Source of the DNA: an uncultured Rhodobacteraceae bacterium
Lineage (GTDB): Bacteria; Pseudomonadota; Alphaproteobacteria; Rhodobacterales; Rhodobacteraceae
NCBI GenBank assembly: GCA_947492585.1
Contig: CANLND010000011.1
Coordinates: forward strand, 15,719-79,718
Direction: 5' to 3'
DNA: 64,000 nt
The position numbers were made by a program, and so were the translations under genes. The number at the start of each line of letters is the position of its first letter. The first letter of the stretch is position 1. Positions 27,939 to 36,690 of this stretch are shown one piece after another. The notes below the pieces were generated by a model. The model ran no database searches. It was not told the DNA's origin and saw nothing but the letters and a program-made list of their open reading frames with translations.

Positions 27939-29642
27939 CTACTGAACAACATATGGTTTGCGTAACGAAGGCGAACCTTCGGCGGTGCGCGGGGGCGTAC
28001 CAACGGGAAAGTCCCCCATCAGATACGGGTGCATGCCCTGATTTTTCAGATCTTGCAGAAACTGCCCAAACCCATCGAGGTTCACCAGTTTGGGCGGCGC
28101 ATGCTGCGACAAGGCATCTGCCACGCCCATTTCACTAAGAATCGCCTGTAGGGGGTCGATGGGAGATTCGACAAATTCTGCCATGCTCCAGATCCGTATG
28201 CGGGCCTTGGCCCACCGCGAGCGCAATTGCGCTAGAAAGGCTGCCTCAACCTTTTGCAATCGAGCGGCTTCTTTGCGCAACAAGGCAAAGTCGTGATCAG
28301 AGCGGAATAACGGCACCGCCCATGCGCCAGCCACCACAGAAATCTGCGCATTCACGTCGTGGACCATCAGGTCTGCAATTTTTTGGGTGTCACGGGGACC
28401 AAACTGGAAACATTGTCGCGTGCCGCGGGCGTTCCACAGCAGGTTGGTCAGGTAACTGTTTGGATTGTAATCCCGAATGCCCGCATCATCTGATTGCGCA
28501 CCGCTGAGAATCTGTTGCCCCCCACAAAATTCGGCCCGCTCCGGCGCGAACAAATGGCCATGCACCTGGGCATTTGACACCTGGGCCAGCCAGGGTTCAA
28601 ACCCCTCAAACAGATCTGCAAAGCCCTGAAACACAGAATACGGTGCGACGGTCGAGCTTGCTTCGCCGCGCTGCGCGGGGAAGCGGCTTTGCATATATAG
28701 CCCAGCCCGTCCGCGCGTGCGCCGCTCCAATGCGCGGGCAAACACCCGATCAATTTTTCCCGGGCTGGGTTCAACGGGGTCCCCCGTAGGTTTTTCGTCA
28801 GAAAGAAATGCCTGATACAGCCCATCTGCGCGTGGCCAAATTTTGCGCGCAACAAAGCAGTCCGACCGACGCAGCAAACGCAGGTGGTCGTCATAAAACA
28901 CATGTGGTTTACCCTGATGGTCAAATTTGGACAGGGTCAGGGACCGGCTTTCGATCTGCGTCGAGTGGCGGCGCGCCAGGGTTTGAAAATAGCTTTCATC
29001 CGGGATCCAGACCCGTTTGAAATAGCGATCATACTGCGCCCGCTCAGGATCCTGCAAAATAGCCTTCAGCGTTTTGCGCGTCAGACACCACCATTGGCTG
29101 CCCATATGGGGCAACAGCCGACCGGGGATCTTGCGCCGCAGCCCCAATCGGCGCTGCATCCGCACATACCCATCAAAAAGGTGGCGATGTTTTTTCCACG
29201 AAAAGGGAAACCGCAGCGTAAAGCGTTCCGCGCTCAACCCGCCCACGGTCCACGGCACATCAGAGGTTGTCGCACTTTCGATAAAATCTGTGGTCGGGCG
29301 GGCCGCCAAATAGCCCACCAAATCGGAGACAGGGCGCAACGGCAGACAAGATCCCGATGTCAGAAAAACGTGATCCGCATTTGGCGCCTGCGTCAACAGC
29401 AGTTCCGCCGCTGATTGGGTTGCGGCCACAATACCCCACATGCCCCAGTCACACGTGTGGCGCTGGGAAAACCAGATCTGTGACACATCAGCCAGCTCAG
29501 CCCGGAACGCCTGAAACCGGTCTGCCTCTACCTTTTTGTCCACATGGATCACAACAGGACAGCCAGCTGTGGCCCAATGCCGGGCCACCTGCGCCGCGCG
29601 GTCAAAGTCGCTGTGAACCAGCATGATGATGCCAATGCTCAT
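27939..29642 (-). CDS. GT14 (Core-2/I-branching beta-1,6-GlcNAc transferase-like) protein with an extra C-terminal domain
   Basis: IMLVH, IHVDKK, DWGMWGIV, LTSGSCLPLRP, GSQWWCLTR, IPDESYFQT, FVARK; about 230 aa of C-terminal extension. Confidence 0.85.
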   Translation of the reverse strand: MSIGIIMLVHSDFDRAAQVARHWATAGCPVVIHVDKKVEADRFQAFRAELADVSQIWFSQRHTCDWGMWGIVAATQSAAELLLTQAPNADHVFLTSGSCLPLRPVSDLVGYLAARPTTDFIESATTSDVPWTVGGLSAERFTLRFPFSWKKHRHLFDGYVRMQRRLGLRRKIPGRLLPHMGSQWWCLTRKTLKAILQDPERAQYDRYFKRVWIPDESYFQTLARRHSTQIESRSLTLSKFDHQGKPHVFYDDHLRLLRRSDCFVARKIWPRADGLYQAFLSDEKPTGDPVEPSPGKIDRVFARALERRTRGRAGLYMQSRFPAQRGEASSTVAPYSVFQGFADLFEGFEPWLAQVSNAQVHGHLFAPERAEFCGGQQILSGAQSDDAGIRDYNPNSYLTNLLWNARGTRQCFQFGPRDTQKIADLMVHDVNAQISVVAGAWAVPLFRSDHDFALLRKEAARLQKVEAAFLAQLRSRWAKARIRIWSMAEFVESPIDPLQAILSEMGVADALSQHAPPKLVNLDGFGQFLQDLKNQGMHPYLMGDFPVGTPPRTAEGSPSLRKPYVVQ

Positions 29643-30649
29643 GCCCAGTTTCCCTTGGACATCAGGCCCAGAATCTCAAGCTGTCGCCAGTTGATGTACC
29701 GCTCGCTCCATTTGCACCACAGGTCGGGCTGCGCCTCCAGCTGGGCCGCGTAGGCTTTGTATTCGGCGGAACCGGCATAATGCTGTTCGCGCTGCGCCTC
29801 TTCGGCAGCCTTTGCAGAAAACGTGTCTAAAAATTTGGTATGCAGCAACATACCGCTGGCTTTTTCGCCACCATCCGCATCAAACACGTGGTTAAGTCCC
29901 CGCGGCAACAAGGTATGCGTAGAGCTGACATAGGCGTATCTGCGATCCCATTTGACCAAGGGCGTTTTGTTCAACGCCGGCGCTTTTTGGGGACGGTTGG
30001 CAAAAAAGGCCCGCATACGCACGCCCCCTTGGATCCACAGATTGCCGTAGGTGACATTGCGGCTGATCGTGTAATTTCCACTGTCAAACCAATGCGCAAT
30101 GTCCAACGGGTTCTGTCCCGATGCATAGGGGGTCTCGCCGATTTTGCCTTTGGGATAAAGGTCCAACAGCATGGCGGAAAAACTGCGGATCTCAGATGCA
30201 TCCAGCCAGTCCGTCAGCGCCTGCAACGGGCGGGTATCGCAGTAGGGATAGACAAACAGTTCATCCGGATCGACCACCAGCACCCAATGCCCATGGGCAT
30301 ATTTGCGTTTCAGATGGTTCATCCAATCAACACCAAAGGCGGCCCGTTTGTAGCTGGCGTCTGTGTGCCAGACCGACACATCCTGCATCCCTTGTAGATA
30401 TGCCTGACAGCCATCGGTGGAGCCATTGTCGACGATCAGAAAATGCCCCACCCCAAGATTACGATAGTAGTCCAGAAAATACGGCAAGCGGATCTGTTCA
30501 TTGCGCAGAGTGCAGACCAGCAAAATATCTTGTGGTTTTATCCGGGAGGTATTGTCCTGAACAGAAGTCAACTCGTGCGATTTTCGCAGTGCCCGCACAA
30601 TCTGGCGCTGGCGCCGCAGCCGCATCCGGTAAGATTGCCAAACACCCAA
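29639..30649 (-). CDS. Glycosyltransferase family 2 (Glyco_tranf_2_4-like), paralog A
   Basis: RNEQIRLPYFLDYY, HFLIVDNGSTDG, FGVDWMN, VVDPDE (DxD). Probable TTG start at 30649, uncertain; ATGA overlap with the GT14 gene. Confidence 0.85.
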   Translation of the reverse strand: MGVWQSYRMRLRRQRQIVRALRKSHELTSVQDNTSRIKPQDILLVCTLRNEQIRLPYFLDYYRNLGVGHFLIVDNGSTDGCQAYLQGMQDVSVWHTDASYKRAAFGVDWMNHLKRKYAHGHWVLVVDPDELFVYPYCDTRPLQALTDWLDASEIRSFSAMLLDLYPKGKIGETPYASGQNPLDIAHWFDSGNYTISRNVTYGNLWIQGGVRMRAFFANRPQKAPALNKTPLVKWDRRYAYVSSTHTLLPRGLNHVFDADGGEKASGMLLHTKFLDTFSAKAAEEAQREQHYAGSAEYKAYAAQLEAQPDLWCKWSERYINWRQLEILGLMSKGNWA

Positions 30650-30763
30650 AATGTGATCCAATCGGCTAGAAAACCGCACCTCGACGGCCGCGAGGGCCAA
30701 GTGCTTTGCATTAATAAGTATCAAAAACCCCATTGGGTTCAATGGATTTGCTGCATCTGCTTG

Positions 30764-31792
30764 CTACCAGTCACCACGTTGCATCAGCCCCAGCTGTTCA
30801 AGCTGCGCGCTGTCTTTGTATCGGACCGAGTCCGCGTGCCACAAATCCGGGCTCGCGATGACCTGATCGTAATAGTCCTGATAGCGGTCCACATAGGTGA
30901 AATGCTGCTGCCGAATCTTTTCTTCCTGAGATTTCGCAACCGCTTCGTTCAGGAATTTTGTGTGCAACAAAACACCCGTAGGCAGGCGCAACCGTGGATC
31001 AAACACCGCATTCAGCGCGCGTGGCAAGGCGGTGTGGGTCGAACTGACATACGCATCCCCCGCGTGCCAACGGATCAGTGGAGTTTTGTGCAGATGGGGC
31101 GCGTAGTCGGGCGTATCCGCAAAAAACATCCGTTTTCGAGGGCCGCCGCGAATAGAAATCTGCCCGTACCGAGGCAGGTACTCCCAAGTGTAATTTTGCG
31201 CATCAAACCAGTTCAGCGCCGCAAAAGGATCCGCACCGGGCTGATAGTCCTGCGCGCCAATCGGCCCCTTGGGGTACATATCCAACATCACCGCGCCAAA
31301 CGCGCGCTGGCCGCGTGTGTCCAACCATTGGGTCAGCGCCCGCAAATCGCGGTGCTCCATATCGGGATAGGTCAGGATTTCATCTGCGTCCAAAGTCAGA
31401 CACCACTGATCCCGCCCGTATTTGCGCTGCAACCCCATCAGCCAGTCGACGCCAAAGCGTGCCTTGCGATAGCTGGCAGACGTGCTCCAGATCGACACGT
31501 CAGGTTGGCGCGCCAAATAAGCGGTGGTGCCATCGTCGCTGTCGTTGTCGACGATCAAAAAATGCGAGATCCCAAGGCGTCTATGATGATCAAGAAAGAA
31601 CGGCAAACGCAGCATTTCGTTGCGCATGGTCGAGAAACACAGAATCGGATCACGGCCAATCGTGCTGGTGCGATCTAATACAGGACGCAGCTGGGCCGCA
31701 GCGCGTCTGGCGCGCCACAGCAATTTTTTACGCCGAAGTCGAAGATGATAGGCCGCAAGCCCGCTCAGCTTTGTCTGAAAACGGCTGTTCAA
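30764..31792 (-). CDS. Glycosyltransferase family 2 (Glyco_tranf_2_4-like), paralog B
   Basis: RNEMLRLPFFLDHH, HFLIVDNDSDDG, FGVDWLM, TLDADE. Probable TTG start overlapping the galE stop (TTGA), uncertain. Confidence 0.85.
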   Translation of the reverse strand: MNSRFQTKLSGLAAYHLRLRRKKLLWRARRAAAQLRPVLDRTSTIGRDPILCFSTMRNEMLRLPFFLDHHRRLGISHFLIVDNDSDDGTTAYLARQPDVSIWSTSASYRKARFGVDWLMGLQRKYGRDQWCLTLDADEILTYPDMEHRDLRALTQWLDTRGQRAFGAVMLDMYPKGPIGAQDYQPGADPFAALNWFDAQNYTWEYLPRYGQISIRGGPRKRMFFADTPDYAPHLHKTPLIRWHAGDAYVSSTHTALPRALNAVFDPRLRLPTGVLLHTKFLNEAVAKSQEEKIRQQHFTYVDRYQDYYDQVIASPDLWHADSVRYKDSAQLEQLGLMQRGDW

Positions 31793-32772
31793 GTCTCGTA
31801 GTGGCCGGTCTGGTGCCACTTCCATGCATCCGCAATCATCAGATCCAATGTGGAGCGTTTTGGCTCCCAGCCCAGATCGGTCACCGCACGTGTGGAGCCT
31901 GACACCAGTTTGGTGCAATCCCCTGCGCGGCGATCCCCGACATTATAGGGCACGGTTTCATTGGTCACAGCGCGCGAATGATCGATCACTTCCATCACCG
32001 AAAATCCAGACCCCGTGCCAAGATTAAACACCTGGCTGCCCTTGCTGTCTTCAAGCCACTTCAGACCCAGAACATGGGCGTCGACCAGATCGCAAACGTG
32101 CACATAATCACGAATACAGGTGCCATCGGGCGTGTCGTAGTCGGTGCCAAAAACAGTCAGCGCGTCACGCTCACCTTTGATCGCCTGCAACATCAATGGG
32201 ATCAGATGGGTTTCGGGCTGGTGGAATTCACCCACCTCCGCCTCGGGATCCGCGCCAGCCACATTAAAGTAGCGAAAGATCACTGAGCGCAGACCATAGG
32301 CGGCTTCGAAATCTTTCAGGATGTCTTCGACCGCGCGTTTGCTGGCGCCATAGGCATTCAACGGCTGCTGCGGTGTCTGTTCATCCAGCACCACGTTGTC
32401 GTGCTCACCGTAGGTGGCGCAGGTGGACGAGAACACAAAATCAAGACACCCTGCGGCAACGGCTGCTTCGATCAGCTGCAACGACCCGCCCACATTGTTG
32501 GCCCAATAGCGGCCCGGCTCGCTCATGGCTTCGCCAACCTGGCTGAGGGCTGCAAAGTGCATGACAGCGATGGGCTGATATTTTTCAAACACCGCATCCA
32601 GACGGGCGCGGTCAGTCAGATCGCCCTGTTCAAAGGGGCCAAATTTGACAGCATCCTGCCACCCCGTCACGAGATTATCATAGGTGACGGGGGTATAGCC
32701 TGCGGCTTTGAGCGCCTTACAGGCGTGTGAGCCGATATAACCGGCGCCGCCGGTAACCAGAACATTCTTCAA
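31789..32772 (-). CDS. galE: UDP-glucose 4-epimerase
   Basis: GGAGYIGSH, HFAALSQVGE, FSSTCATYG, YGASK, RYFNVAGA, RDYVHV. Confidence 0.96.
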   Translation of the reverse strand: MKNVLVTGGAGYIGSHACKALKAAGYTPVTYDNLVTGWQDAVKFGPFEQGDLTDRARLDAVFEKYQPIAVMHFAALSQVGEAMSEPGRYWANNVGGSLQLIEAAVAAGCLDFVFSSTCATYGEHDNVVLDEQTPQQPLNAYGASKRAVEDILKDFEAAYGLRSVIFRYFNVAGADPEAEVGEFHQPETHLIPLMLQAIKGERDALTVFGTDYDTPDGTCIRDYVHVCDLVDAHVLGLKWLEDSKGSQVFNLGTGSGFSVMEVIDHSRAVTNETVPYNVGDRRAGDCTKLVSGSTRAVTDLGWEPKRSTLDLMIADAWKWHQTGHYET

Positions 32773-32826
32773 GTCTTTATTCCTATCTCACACACCCATG
32801 CAGGGGACCGTTGTGGGAAGGTCGCC

Positions 32827-33720
32827 CTATTGGGCGGCCTTATCAATTTGAGCAACTTCCTGGATGTAGCCCATCAGATCCTCGCGCAGATCTTCACGGG
32901 CCAACGCAAACGCAACTGTGGCTTGCAGGAAGCCTGCTTTGGAACCGCAATCAAACCGCTGACCGCGGAATCGCAGGCCGTAAACCGGCACATCGGCGGC
33001 GATATCTTTGGCAATTGCATCCGTCAGCTGAATTTCACCGCCGGCACCTTCTTTTTTCTCGTTCAGGTTGGTCAAAACGGACGGCGCCAGAATGTAACGA
33101 CCGATCACAGCCAGATTGGAGGGCGCGTCTTCGGCTTTGGGTTTTTCAACCATGCCACGTGCCTCAACAACGTTCCCCATGTCTTTTTTGACATCCAAAA
33201 CGCCATAAGACGAGGTCTGCGCGGGCGAGACTTCCATGGTTGCAACCATGTTGCCGCCGGTCTCTTCGTAGGCTTCAACCATCTGTTGCAAGCAGGGCTT
33301 TTCAGCGGCAATTACATCGTCGGGCAAAATCACCGCAAACGGTTCATCGCCAATCAAACGACGGGCGCACCATACCGCGTGCCCCAGACCCAAGGCCTGG
33401 TGTTGACGTACATAAGCAATGGCACCGGAATCCATGTTGGTGTGTTGCAGCACCTCCATCAGGTCATCTTTGCCTTTGCGGCGCAGCTCCTGCTCCAGAA
33501 CGGGGCTGTGGTCAAAATAGTCTTCCAACGCGCCTTTGCCGCGCGAGGTGACAAAAATAAACTCTTCAATACCAGCGGCACGGGCTTCGTCGATCGCGTA
33601 TTGAACCAGCGGACGATCAACCAATGTCATGATCTCTTTTGGAACAGATTTGGTGGCCGGCAGGAACCGCGTCCCCAGACCTGCAACTGGGAAAATTGCT
33701 TTTGTAACTTTTCTGCGCAT
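32827..33720 (-). CDS. galU: UTP-glucose-1-phosphate uridylyltransferase
   Basis: AIFPVAGLGTRFLPATK, LGLGHAV, MVEKP, GEIQLTDA, FDCGSK. Start at ATG 33720. Confidence 0.96.
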   Translation of the reverse strand: MRRKVTKAIFPVAGLGTRFLPATKSVPKEIMTLVDRPLVQYAIDEARAAGIEEFIFVTSRGKGALEDYFDHSPVLEQELRRKGKDDLMEVLQHTNMDSGAIAYVRQHQALGLGHAVWCARRLIGDEPFAVILPDDVIAAEKPCLQQMVEAYEETGGNMVATMEVSPAQTSSYGVLDVKKDMGNVVEARGMVEKPKAEDAPSNLAVIGRYILAPSVLTNLNEKKEGAGGEIQLTDAIAKDIAADVPVYGLRFRGQRFDCGSKAGFLQATVAFALAREDLREDLMGYIQEVAQIDKAAQ

Positions 33721-34086
33721 TACTCGCTCTCTTTCATATTCCGTATCTACGCACACGATCATGCTAGGCGGCACCCCCACCCGATACGGTTTCAACGTTC
33801 TATCGACACACAAACCACGCCCAGACTTTCGCTGGACCTCTGTGCCCGTCTTGGCGGAGGTTGATGCACCTCCGAATTCCTTAAACCGCCCTTGTAACCG
33901 CTAGGCTACAAAGTCGGCATTTGCCAACGCGATCCTTTGTTTGCCTCTACAAAGCATGACTGACGATACCCGAATAGGTGGAGTTCAGTTTCAGTAATAC
34001 TTTACATCTTAAATGGACAACTTTTGGGCAAAACTCCGCGAATTCCGCAAACAAGAGGCAGAATCGCAGAGTCTCCTGTGACTTTT

Positions 34087-34884
34087 TTACGGCTGTTTCA
34101 GCTCAACACCGGGTGTGCAGGCGATAAAGAACGGATTCGCAAAACCGTCCTTGCCGTAGGTCAGCGGCGTGTGATCGTCAAAACGAACAACTTTGCCTCC
34201 CGCTCCCCGCAGGACTGCATCACCTGCTGCGGTGTCCCACTCCATTGTCCGGCCCACACGTGGGTACAGGTCAGCCTCACCTGTCGCGACAAGGCAGAAT
34301 TTCAAAGACGAGCCTGCGCTTTTGCTGTCTTTTACGCTGTATTTGCCGATATACGCATCCGTCGCCTGATCACGGTGTGATTTCGACGCCACAACCATCA
34401 ATGCAGCATTGTCACTGTCGGCAACACGGATCGGGTTGATCGGACCTTGGACGTTGGGGTCAAACGCGCCGGTTTCTTCGACGGCAGTGCCATCCGCAAG
34501 CGTAAAGAACATCCGATCGCGCGCGGGTGCATACACAACTCCACGAGTCGGGACACCGCCTTCAACCAGAGCAATATTAACGGTGAAATCGCCGCGACGG
34601 TGAATGAACTCTTTGGTGCCATCCAATGGGTCAACGATCAGAAATGTATCGCCTTTTGCCGTATGCGATGCGGCTTGTTCTTCGGTTACCAGCATCATGT
34701 CAGGAAAGGCCGCGCGCAGCCCGGCTGAAATCAGCGCGTCTGCAGCTTCATCCGCAGCCGTAACAGGGCTGTCGTCGGATTTGACTTTCACATCAAAGCT
34801 GTCCGAATTGTAGATTTCCATGATTTTGGCACCGGCTTCGATGGCCAGCTTTCGGATCACAGGCACCAGATCATCATAGGTCAT
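34087..34884 (-). CDS. cysQ: 3'(2'),5'-bisphosphate nucleotidase CysQ
   Basis: SPVTAAD, EE, VDPLDGTKEF, SKSH, GSSLKFC, TMEWDTAAG. Start about 34884. Confidence 0.95.
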   Translation of the reverse strand: MTYDDLVPVIRKLAIEAGAKIMEIYNSDSFDVKVKSDDSPVTAADEAADALISAGLRAAFPDMMLVTEEQAASHTAKGDTFLIVDPLDGTKEFIHRRGDFTVNIALVEGGVPTRGVVYAPARDRMFFTLADGTAVEETGAFDPNVQGPINPIRVADSDNAALMVVASKSHRDQATDAYIGKYSVKDSKSAGSSLKFCLVATGEADLYPRVGRTMEWDTAAGDAVLRGAGGKVVRFDDHTPLTYGKDGFANPFFIACTPGVELKQP

Positions 34885-35005
34885 CACAAATCTCCGTGAG
34901 TTAAGGGCATGTTGAAAACAAGGGTTGCGCACCTTATGCTTTGATCGCAACGGATCAGCAAGAAGTCCGTGGTATTTAGATCCGCAGGCAATTCAATCGG
35001 TACAA

Positions 35006-35830
35006 ATGTTTAATCAACGTCGCAAAGGCAATTCGACCTTCCTTGGTTTTCTAACCATGTGCGAAGTTGTGTTCCATGCTGTGGTGCGCAGCGTACGTTC
35101 AAAACACAATAACGCGCTGGTCGCTCTTGGCCTGAATATGCTGCAAGCGCTTATGTTTGTTTCGATTTTTTACCTGATGTTTTCGATTTTGGGGATGAAA
35201 GGCGGCGCCGTTCGCGGGGACTTCCTGCTGTATGTGATGTCTGGCGTTTTCCTATTCCTGACCCATACCAAAGCCGTCAGCGCAGTGTCCGGCGCCGAGG
35301 GGCCAAGCAGCCCAATGATGCAACACGCGCCAATGAATACGATTGTGGCGATTCTTTCAGCAGCACTGGGATCACTCTACATTCAGACGCTTTCGCTGCT
35401 ATTGATCCTGTTTGGGTATCACGTTGCCTTTACCCCGGTCGAAATCGTCGATCCAATTTCGTCTTATGCCATGGTCCTGTTGGCCTGGCTCACAGGATCC
35501 TGTGTGGGTCTTATTCTATTGGTGCTGAAACCTTGGGCGCCCAGCCTTGTTGGGATCATGTCGACCATCTATCAGCGCGCGAATATGATTGCCTCGGGCA
35601 AGATGTTTCTCGCCAATTCGCTACCTAGTTTTATGCTGGCGATGTTTGACTGGAACCCGCTGTTTCACTGTATTGATCAGGCGCGCGGTTACATTTTCAA
35701 GAACTACAATCCGCATTTCAGCAGCTGGAAGTATGCCCTGACGGTCGCCTTGATCCTGTTTGTGATCGGGCTGATGGGAGAGTTTTACACCCGCAAGAAT
35801 GCCTCGATCAGTTGGAGCGCCAAGCGATAG
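35006..35830 (+). CDS. ABC-2 type permease, KpsM-like capsule export protein
   Basis: About six TM helices, SGKMF, WNPLFHCID..RG. Start moved to ATG 35006. Confidence 0.8.
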   Translation: MFNQRRKGNSTFLGFLTMCEVVFHAVVRSVRSKHNNALVALGLNMLQALMFVSIFYLMFSILGMKGGAVRGDFLLYVMSGVFLFLTHTKAVSAVSGAEGPSSPMMQHAPMNTIVAILSAALGSLYIQTLSLLLILFGYHVAFTPVEIVDPISSYAMVLLAWLTGSCVGLILLVLKPWAPSLVGIMSTIYQRANMIASGKMFLANSLPSFMLAMFDWNPLFHCIDQARGYIFKNYNPHFSSWKYALTVALILFVIGLMGEFYTRKNASISWSAKR

Positions 35831-35878
35831 GTGCCTCCGTTGCCGGCCGCCCACACTTAAAATGATTGGGTTCGGGCT

Positions 35879-36481
35879 TCAGGTGACCACCCGCAATGTC
35901 AGATTTATACGCCCGCCTTTGGGCAACAGGCGGGACGATTTAAACCGGATCCGGTCCACCCCGTGATACGCCAGACGTGCATCGCCACCCATCACCACCA
36001 CATCTCCTGAATTCAACCAGAGCGAATCACTTTTACCACCGCGTGTGGTGCCGCCGACCCGAAACAACCCGTCATCGCCCAGACTGACCGACACCACAGG
36101 GTATGAAAAGTCTGCTTCGTCCTTGTCCTGATGCAACCCCATGCGCGCATCTTCCCCATAGTAATTGAGCAGGCAACACTCGGGCGCACGCTCGACTCCG
36201 GTGAGCCCATGCCAAAGAGACAAAAGGGATGTTGGGATGTCCGGCCACGGCTGTCCCTTGGGGTGATGATCAATGTAGCGATAGCCCGCAGCGTCGGAAA
36301 ACCAGCCATATTGGCCACTTGCGGTCATCCGCACCGACATTTTGCCCCCTCTGGGTGTTTCTGGCGAAAACAGGGGGGCCGCTTTCAAAAGGGGGCGCAG
36401 CTCGGAAATCAGGGCCCGCTGCTCGGTCGCAGACAGATATGTTTTGTGGATTTCAAACCCGCGAACGCGCAGCAGGGACAT
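35879..36481 (-). CDS. alkB: AlkB-family 2OG-Fe(II) dioxygenase
   Basis: CLLNYY, MGLHQDKDE (HxD), SVSLG, AYHGV, RINLTLR. Confidence 0.92.
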   Translation of the reverse strand: MSLLRVRGFEIHKTYLSATEQRALISELRPLLKAAPLFSPETPRGGKMSVRMTASGQYGWFSDAAGYRYIDHHPKGQPWPDIPTSLLSLWHGLTGVERAPECCLLNYYGEDARMGLHQDKDEADFSYPVVSVSLGDDGLFRVGGTTRGGKSDSLWLNSGDVVVMGGDARLAYHGVDRIRFKSSRLLPKGGRINLTLRVVT

Positions 36482-36553
36482 GCTCTTATTCCAATCTTAA
36501 CCATAACTGGTGCAAAAACTGCCCCCAACGGTGACATGCGCGCGCCGAGGCGG

Positions 36554-36582
36554 TTGCAGGGACCAATTCGGCTCCTTATATA
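36554..36582 (+). promoter_or_regulatory. dnaK promoter candidate (RpoH- or sigma70-type)
   Basis: TTGCAG-N17-TATATA, also readable as TTG-N18-CTTATAT. Confidence 0.55.
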
Positions 36583-36690
36583 CGCTTCGACGCGGTTTGA
36601 ATTAGTCAAAATCGCACCGTTATCGGGGTCGGGATGCCACAAAGGGTTCAGGCCTCGTGTAATCGCCTTGAAGAGAAAAAGGGATCGAAG

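Noticed and set aside
36482-36690. CIRCE/HrcA operator before dnaK
   Set aside because: No TTAGCACTC-N9-GAGTGCTAA match is visible.
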